Assembly: GCA_965235115.1 (NCBI GenBank)
Contig: OZ249438.1
Location: 39,556,001 to 39,620,000 of the forward strand
Direction of reading: 5' to 3'
Length of the DNA: 64,000 nt
Origin: Laetmonice hystrix
Taxonomy: Eukaryota
This document shows positions 56,179 through 64,000 of this stretch, piece by piece; position 1 is the stretch's first letter; every line of letters starts with the position of its first letter. A program made the position numbers and the translations under genes. The notes under the pieces were generated by a model, which did not search any database, was not told where the DNA came from, and saw nothing but the letters and a program-made list of their open reading frames with translations.

Positions 56179-57745
56179 GTCACCTGACTTGCCTCCTCTC
56201 GGATTTTACTGGTTTAAGTCGTATATTTCGCAGTTGATATGAGTTATTTAAAGCTGTACTACGTTGGAAGTAATCGTTGTCCAAGTAACAGTGAAATGTG
56301 GTTGTTAAAATCAATCTATTTTAACGTCACACTGGGTCATATAATAGTGTGTCTTACAGTTAGTATACGTATTATTGGATATATTACGCACCTACATGTG
56401 TGAACCGTAGTACTCACAGTTTGAGTCTTTACTTGTATCTTTGAATATTGACTTATTCTTTATTTTTTAACCCACGTTACATATCTGTTTTACTGTAACT
56501 GGCGTGCTGAGGTTTCTTTCATATAGTTTTTCAAGGGTTACACACCCATGTTTACAGAGGTGTATAGTGTACGGAGGAGGAGTGTGTACTACCACAGAGC
56601 TAGTCAACCGCTGTCTGTTAGCAAGTTAGCCTGGAATTATTGCTATTCACACGTACACGTTTACTTTGACTCTACTTTCTATATACAAGCAGTGTCTATA
56701 TCCATGTCTGACGTTTGTTTGAACTTGCCAGGTTACGTTCGTCGGTATTTGAAAATTTTAATGCCCCAATCAACCGGTCTGCTATACGAACCTCTCAAAA
56801 CACCATCTTATGATCTGTTCTTATCGTGCTGTATCAAAAATTGTATCCCTAAAATAGGGACACCAAACGGACGGACGTAGAGCGTAGGCCTATTACTTTA
56901 TGTACTTTGGAATTTCAAAGGGTGTCTTATTTCTTTACTTTCACATGTTAGCAATGAATTAAGGACTCCCTGGCAAATACCTGCGAGTGTACGTGTGTCT
57001 AAGTACTGGTTAGAATTTAACAAACCATTTAAGTAACCATAACCGAGGGAGTTTACGAAGGTTAGATTTTGGAGAATCCTCGGCTGAATATTGGATAACG
57101 GGACATCTCATATCAAATACGGTGAAAATTGAGGGTCAGTCTCTAACAAACATTTTGCCACGGCGATGTTTCCTTTAGACGGAGATTTCTGATCTTTTAC
57201 TTCTCTAAGATATATATCTATACTCTGTATCGTCTGAGAAACGTGAAATAGGCGAAGTTTGCAGGGTTAGAAAGACCAAAGTACGGGTGTATTTAACAAA
57301 CGATCGCTAATATGAGGTCTGGAATGATCAACAAGTCATAACAATTGATTACATATTGTAAATAGAATCACCCAGTCAATGAAATACTGTAAATAGAATC
57401 ATTCAGTCAGATATGTGTATAGGTTTTATCGTTCCATGTATGTATACGTTGTTGTAGTTGGCTATGTTATGGTTTTTGCTGTTTGTATACAATATTAATA
57501 TTGTTTTCTAAGTCTGGTGTGGGCGCCGTAAGAGGCGGAGGTAAAGCCTGCGCATGTCTGTGGCATGACTAGGTTGTGCAAAAACTGTGATCATAGAAAA
57601 TGTTGTTATAGAGATACTGACCTCTGACAATCGTGTCGCTGCTTCACCTTCCAGGGATTGAAGGGAAGGCAGTAAACGAATGGCACGAAGCAAACACCAC
57701 TTGGACAGGTGCTCCCATCTTTCTCTGTTAGGCTGGCATGTTGTT

Positions 57746-58795
57746 GCGCGAGGGGGCGCCACATGCCGCCTACAGCAGCAACCACCAGGGGGCGCCCCAT
57801 GTACCGTGCACACATGCACCCACTCGAGCACGTGTGCACCCATCTACCCGCGGCACGGCGCTGCACTCGTCAGTACACGTGGTCGTGTGTAATCAAGGTG
57901 TAAGTTAGGTATTATAAACCAACACTCTCACCAGGGGGCGCTTCGCTCAGTTTGTGTGCTCCGTGAAGCTGCAGTCTAGTGGTTGGTTAATCATGATGAC
58001 GTCAGACCAGTAGTGATAACTGATAGGATCACTGTACGTCGGTTCTCTCACTTTACTGTAGAACTCAGCACTGAGTCATTGTACCTACATGGACCAGCCC
58101 AGACAATCTGCACGAAAAGCAATTGTATGTTTGAGATAATCAATATAAAATCGTGCATAGTTGAGAATTTAGCATAATTTTGCAAGCCAGTGCGTAGAAG
58201 CAGTAAATATATGTACTCCCCTCTTTCGACTTAAAAAAACTTCAACGATTTGGAAACAGGGGTTCCTGTCATGTATTGAACAGTATAACGATGTACATTT
58301 TACCATAGAACTGGTGTATTCAAATCAGTTATTCAATATAGGATTACGATATTTTATGGAAGAATCTCATACGGTTGACATGTAGGCCTACGCATGAAAC
58401 TGATCCCTGCGGTTTGATTTCGTCTCTTCGTCTTGAGACCCGGTATAGTTATAAACCTCTCGATACTCAAACACAAAGCGTAGATCGAAGTAGGCCCCTA
58501 CTTTGTTTCAAAGCAAGGTCTGGGACTTAGTTGGAGTGTGTTGGTCTGGATGTGTTTTGTGTGGATGTGTCTCTGTGTGTTTAAAGAGAAGTTAAGGGGT
58601 ATGAATCCAGTTATGTGGTCTGGAGTTGTTTGCGTGAAATCTCCGACTTTTATTCATGTAATCACGACTTTTCTCTGCTTGTTTTATTTGCGGAGTATGC
58701 AACCAAAAATCCTCTGCTTGTTGTTTTGCTTGAACTGATTCAGTTTAATCAGGACTGTAGCCTTGGTCTGCGTTAATTGCCACTAGATGGCAGCA
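57746..58795 (+). promoter_or_regulatory. Cluster of CTCF-consensus motifs (57746, 57782, 57928, 58779)
   Basis: gcgcgagggggcgcc, ccaccagggggcgc, tcaccagggggcgc, gccactagatggcagca; motif match only. Confidence 0.55.
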
Positions 58796-59440
58796 CGCTA
58801 TCACCTGTGACAGTCTCTCGGCAATGCTGCTTCCAGGGTACCGCAAACCAACCACTACCCGTCAGACATCATCATATAGCTATAGAGGAGGTTCCGATCG
58901 AATATGGTACAGATGACAAGTATGCCCTGATCCGAACGACATGCTGACTAAACTAGTCCTATCGTGAACTCATGCTGATACATACCCTTTCATCCACTTT
59001 GATTCCTACAGATACAAATTTCAAGTTGTATAGGACAGTAATTTTTTGAACTAGTTGTTTATTTATTGGCAAACAATGGGAATCTCCTTGCTAGTGACCT
59101 TTTTCTAAGGTTTTTAACGACGAGGTGTTTGTGATATATGTTGACTATGGTGAACATGGATGCCACTGGTGTAATGGTGCAGTTTTTCAGTATACAAAAT
59201 GTTTTGTGATGCCAGCCCTGGCTACGCATTTGTCATGCCGGCAATGCTAATCAATGTGTAAATACTTAACATAGTGTATATCTTGTACGAATAGTCAATA
59301 CTAATAACCAGTGGCGTCGTTTTTGTACAAAATGATAAGATATTCCTGGTGAAGATTTTCATACATTTCCTTACATTGTATTTAATGAGGAACTCGAAGT
59401 CGTGGCCTTCCGGAGGCCAACTTCCAAGGAGAGGTAACGA

Positions 59441-60126
59441 AACCAGATAACACGTTCAGAAACCAGATAACACAGTCATAAACCAAATATCACGTTCAGA
59501 AACCAGATAACACGGTCAGAAACCAGATAACACGGTCAGAAACCAGATAACACGGTCAGAAACTAGATAACACGTTCAGAAACCAGATAACACGGCCAGA
59601 AACCAGATAACACGGCCGGAAACCAGATAACACAGTCATAAACCAGATAACACGGTCAGAAACCAGATAACAGTTAGAAACCAGGTAACACAGTCAGAAA
59701 CCAGATAACACCTTCAGAAACCAGATAACACGGTCAGAAACCAGATAGCATGGGCAGAAACCAGATAACAGTCAGAAACCAGATAACACAGTCAGAAACC
59801 AGATAACACGGCCAGAAACCAGATAACACGGTCAGAAACCAGATAACACGTTTAGAAACCAAATAACACGTTCGGAAACCAGATAACACGTTCAGAAACC
59901 AGATAACACGGCCAGAAACCAGATAACATGGTCAGAAACCAGATAACACGGTCAGAAACCAGATAACACGGTCAGAAACCAGATAACACGGATAAGAACC
60001 AGATAACACCGTCAGAAACCAGATAACACCGTCAGAAACCAGATAACACGTTCAGAAACCAGATAACACGTTTAGAAACCAAATAACACGTTCAGAAACC
60101 AGATAACACGGCCAGAAACCAGATAA
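59441..60126. repeat. 20-bp minisatellite, ~34 copies (cagaaaccagataacacggt)
   Basis: Direct inspection. Confidence 0.96.
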
Positions 60127-60596
60127 TAGAAACCTGATGATACGGTTAGAATTGTTTGTCTCTGTTTGCCGAGCAAGGACGTTAGGGGCACCACGAATGT
60201 GATATGATAATGAGGAGGACATTTTGAATATTTTTCTGGCAAAGTAAACATATCTCTGAAGTCTGGTAATTGTGACTGGAGACACTATCATTAGTGAGGT
60301 TCTCTCTATCGCTTGTTTTCATGGATGTCAGTGGCGAGTTATTGAACTCGATTGTAAACTATGCCATTATCTCAGCGTGACCATGGCAGGATGACCAAGT
60401 TATCAGGATCAACACCAAGGTTAGGCTCTGATTAGTGAGCGTCAGTGTGTATATAAATATCTTTAAAGGTCTTTCCTGTTTCTTGTAAAGTACGGTATAC
60501 TTCAAAAATTAAAGAGCCCCATTTTTCAGGCCTAATTTCGTGGCAGGGGCAAAAGGCCTGTCTATATCAGGTATACCAGAGTACGTAAAGTAAGTA

Positions 60597-60882
60597 CCGG
60601 TGTCCCAATTTCAGATTACCCCCCTATCAGATTACCGGGGGGTAACCTGAAGCTAGCTTCAAATTACCCCCCGGTAATCTGAAGCTGGTTTCAAAAAGCC
60701 CCTCGGTTAGGGTTAACGTAAGTTTAGGGTTAGGTCTATTTGAATTAACGCGCTAAACATTTTTAATCCGAAGTTTATTTTATGTAACTTAAAACTGGGG
60801 GGAGGGGGGTAATTTGAAGCTAGATTCAGATTACCGGGGGGTAACTTCAATGGGAGGGGGTAATCTGAAACTGTTACACCGG
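60597..60882. mobile_element. ~290-bp MITE flanked by TA, with ~28-bp imperfect TIRs and internal TTAGGG-like stretch
   Basis: ta|ccggtgtcccaatttcagattacccccc ... gggggtaatctgaaactgttacaccgg|ta; internal ggttagggtt...tttagggttagg. Confidence 0.8.
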
Positions 60883-61300
60883 TATATATGAATCTGTCAT
60901 TCGTCCAAGGTCAAACAGAGTGGCCGTTCACACAATAACCATACTTCATCCTTCTTTCACGCCATCAGAGAATGGAGGATTTTCATCCTGATCTTGGAAT
61001 TTTAAGAATCCCAGATAAAAATGCATATCCAAATCGGTATGTGATCCAAAAGGCCACTTCAACAGACTCTGCTGCCCACGATAGTCGACGTTCATGAAGA
61101 AGATGAGAACTTTGGTTTTTTATCTGAATAGAAAGTGTATTTTAAATAGTGTGAAGGTTGGCACTTCTTTCCTCGCTATAATTTGGCCTGGGCTGATGCA
61201 AATGTACTAAAATATAATTATCTCCGGAGTTTAGAGAATGTTTGTATACACGTGCATGAACATTAAAACACTGACACAAAAAGGGATAACTGACTACATG

Positions 61301-61412
61301 TAATACATCCTAGCAGACCCGTGTAATACATCCTAGCAGACCCGTGTAATACATCCTAGCAGACCCGTGTAATAGATCCTAGCAGACCCGTGTAATACAT
61401 CCTAGCAGACCC
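61301..61412. repeat. 23-bp tandem repeat, ~4-5 copies
   Basis: taatacatcctagcagacccgtg. Confidence 0.9.
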
Positions 61413-63081
61413 GAGAATAAACTCTCCATGCAAACCATCGACATAGCTGATTAAAACCAAGGACCACACTGACACCACAGGCGTGTCATCCCGACTAAAT
61501 GTTTTTTATGATCAAATGACTTTGGACTAACTAGCAGAGTCTCTGTGGTCGTGAGATCAGAGAGTTTTTGTGGATCATCCCATTTGTGATATATGGCACA
61601 TTCCTGCAGTCTCTCTATATATAACTAGATGTTATCATCAAGGACAAGGGGTCGTACTGAGTGGTATGGTGTGTATGTCCGGGGCGCCACCATTGTATGC
61701 AATCTGTACATGGTCATTGTTTCACACCGTGAGGGGGGAGGGGGTCAGGCTGGACAGTTTATTCTACACGTCGATTGTAAATGGTGATCATATGAAAGGA
61801 GATGGGTTGGAAATACGTGTCCTTTTTACAGTGTCACTAATGTATGTATATAACGGTACATTTTACAACTATCTCCTGGACTTCTCATTCACCATCACTT
61901 TCATTGGTTGCTATTGTGGCAGTAGTGTATCCTATAACCAATCAGACATTAACATACGATTTACTGCTTTATTATACCAAAAGGTTGATTCATTTCTCAT
62001 GTACTAATTGATTGATTCCAGTATGCAAATGGTGTCGAGCAAATTTGTTTTTGTGATTATTCTGTGTGAAATTATGGCGGGCACTGGTGCCTGACATTAG
62101 TAAGAAAAGTCACTCTCTATACATAGCTGTAACATAGTGTAAGATAGCACTAGACAATTCTCTCTGTCAACATGTGATACTTGGTAACCGGTAAATCATA
62201 CAGGAAACCTCGTCAAGTTGGCAGAATCCATTGGTTTCTTGGTTTGGTTTGGTTTTCTAGCTGACCGACGGTCGGATGCCTATAACGTATTGTAAAGGTT
62301 GTTTAACCAGTCCAAGATTAAAACCCGACGTTTTATTGAAACAAGCAAACATTTTCATCACGTACGGATTATCTACATGGTATTTATAGAAGAGTGATGA
62401 GGATTCATTAAAGTCATGTATGAGGTCGTTTTCTTTAATTTAAATCAGCCGGTAGTGTGAGCAGATCCTATATATATATAACAGATGAGGATTATGACAA
62501 AGCAAAATTGATTGACGGTCGTGTAAGATGGACAGAGCCTGTGTTTTGGGTGTCCCTGCCATCCGTTTTGCATGGAGCTTCAAGTAATCACCTTGCTACC
62601 AGTTCAGGGCAGGATAACCTGGCGGGGCGTCAGATCTTTGTGCTTTTATCTGGTTAGCAGATTAGTATCAATGTCAAACTTTATAGTTTAAATAAATGTG
62701 AATTGCCACCCTGTCAGTAATAGAATTATATTGATTATGATGATAAACATAATTGTACATGTTTGGATATGGCTGCAATAAACCCTTCAATTTTTTTTGG
62801 TTGTCCTTGTTTCACTATTACACTTTAAAGTGGTGGCAGTTTTACTGGTGTTTTAAGGGATGAGCACTTTTGAAAACGGCATGACTGAGCCAGTGACTTT
62901 TCTTTTCAATCAGAATAAATCAAAAGTTATGGAGAGGAGCATTATCTTGTAAGTGTTCCGTTTACAAATAGTCGATGTATTTGCTAGAAAGTTGACGTCA
63001 TTTGAGTAACAATTGTCAAGATATACAAATGCATATCAAGATATGCAAATGAATATCTTAACTTGTTTGCATTCATGGAAA

Positions 63082-63190
63082 TCCCTGCAGTAATTTTTCT
63101 AGACCTTGGTATGATTACTACTGGATAGTATGGATATCCCTGCAGTAATTTTTCTAGACCTTGGTATGATTACTACTGGATAGTATGGAT
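63082..63190. repeat. ~55-bp direct duplication, 2 copies
   Basis: atccctgcagtaatttttctagaccttggtatgattactactggatagtatggat twice. Confidence 0.9.
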
Positions 63191-64000
63191 AGCATCGTTT
63201 TCTTACACGTGTATTGGTGACCTATGGTCATTGGAATAATTTCATTTTACCGTCAAGTCAATGGAAACTTTCTTTTTGTGGACTGATTTCGTTACAAATA
63301 AATATATTATATATCAAACAAAACAGAAAATAAATACGCCCTCTTCACTTGAAATGCCAGGTGGTTTGTTGTATTTTTAAAAAGTGTAAACAAAATGAGG
63401 GTTGTGAAATGGGCAAGTAGCCTTTTAACCCTTTGAATGTTTGATCATCAGTAAATGTAGGGACGGTTGGAAGGGAGCATCTAGCGCAATATGACAGATT
63501 ACAGGGGTCTAATAGTTCGAACATTGTAGGCCTTAACATGTGCTGGGGATGGCGGCTTTAACTGTGTAGGGTAGTGGGTCAGCACCGGCCTTTGATAAGC
63601 GCTAAGATTGTATTGCGGGCGGGATGGCGGTCGACCATGGAGTAATGAGCTAGAGTCGTGATGACTGGCCGGTCGCTGACGTCTGCCGGGTCCGGGACCG
63701 GGGGTGGCGGGTCCCCTAGGCCAGCTGTCGTGGGCGGTACGGGCGGCATACCACGCGGGCCGGCCACGCGCCGACAAACGTCACGACAGTAGGACTTTGA
63801 ACTGAGTGACACTTGTCACATTCTACACGGCAGTGAGCGAACGAGTATGGCACAGCATCAAGGCGTTGTATGTACGGGTTGTTTTTGATGAGGCGGTCGA
63901 CAGTCGGGGAATCACCCACCCAGCTCCTAGCTGTACGAGTTCACCACCCCAGGCCAAGCAGCCCATCACCCCGCGACCGGTCTCGGCTGGCCGGCGGCCG

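Noticed and set aside
70-60126. CRISPR-like appearance of the regular arrays
   Set aside because: No unique spacers between repeats, no cas genes, and the context is a spliceosomal eukaryotic gene.
56200-63340. Assigning the PLCb poly(A) site
   Set aside because: Canonical AATAAA hexamers I noticed occur only far downstream (about 61415, 62690, 62777, 62913, 63296, 63329) in AT-rich DNA; cannot choose among them without 3'-end data.

Overview
Eukaryotic, intron-rich animal DNA; probably a non-vertebrate bilaterian (inference). About 54 kb of the window is one + strand gene for phosphoinositide phospholipase C beta, which looks more like Plc21C/PLCB1-3 than norpA/PLCB4. I traced 28 coding exons by hand from 403 to the stop at 54463-54465. 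All splice phases close (3918 nt, 1305 aa plus stop). The model covers the end of the PH domain, the EF hands, X box, acidic X-Y linker, Y box, C2, the Gaq-binding proximal CTD, the coiled-coil distal CTD and an acidic tail ending in a PDZ-type motif. The first exons lie upstream of the window. The most interesting structure is an unannotated alternative-splicing layer: a duplicated, mutually exclusive 85-nt exon pair carrying the active-site K-x-K motif; 9-, 18- and 27-nt frame-preserving microexon candidates; several symmetric cassette exons in the CTD linker; one U12-type intron; and three tandem duplications that copy real splice sites. Roughly 30% of the window is minisatellite, and most long ORFs in the supplied track are artefacts of those repeats. 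There are also several MITEs, a CTCF-motif cluster, and one assembly gap (20727-20860). All alternative exons are predictions from sequence only; there is no transcript evidence here.
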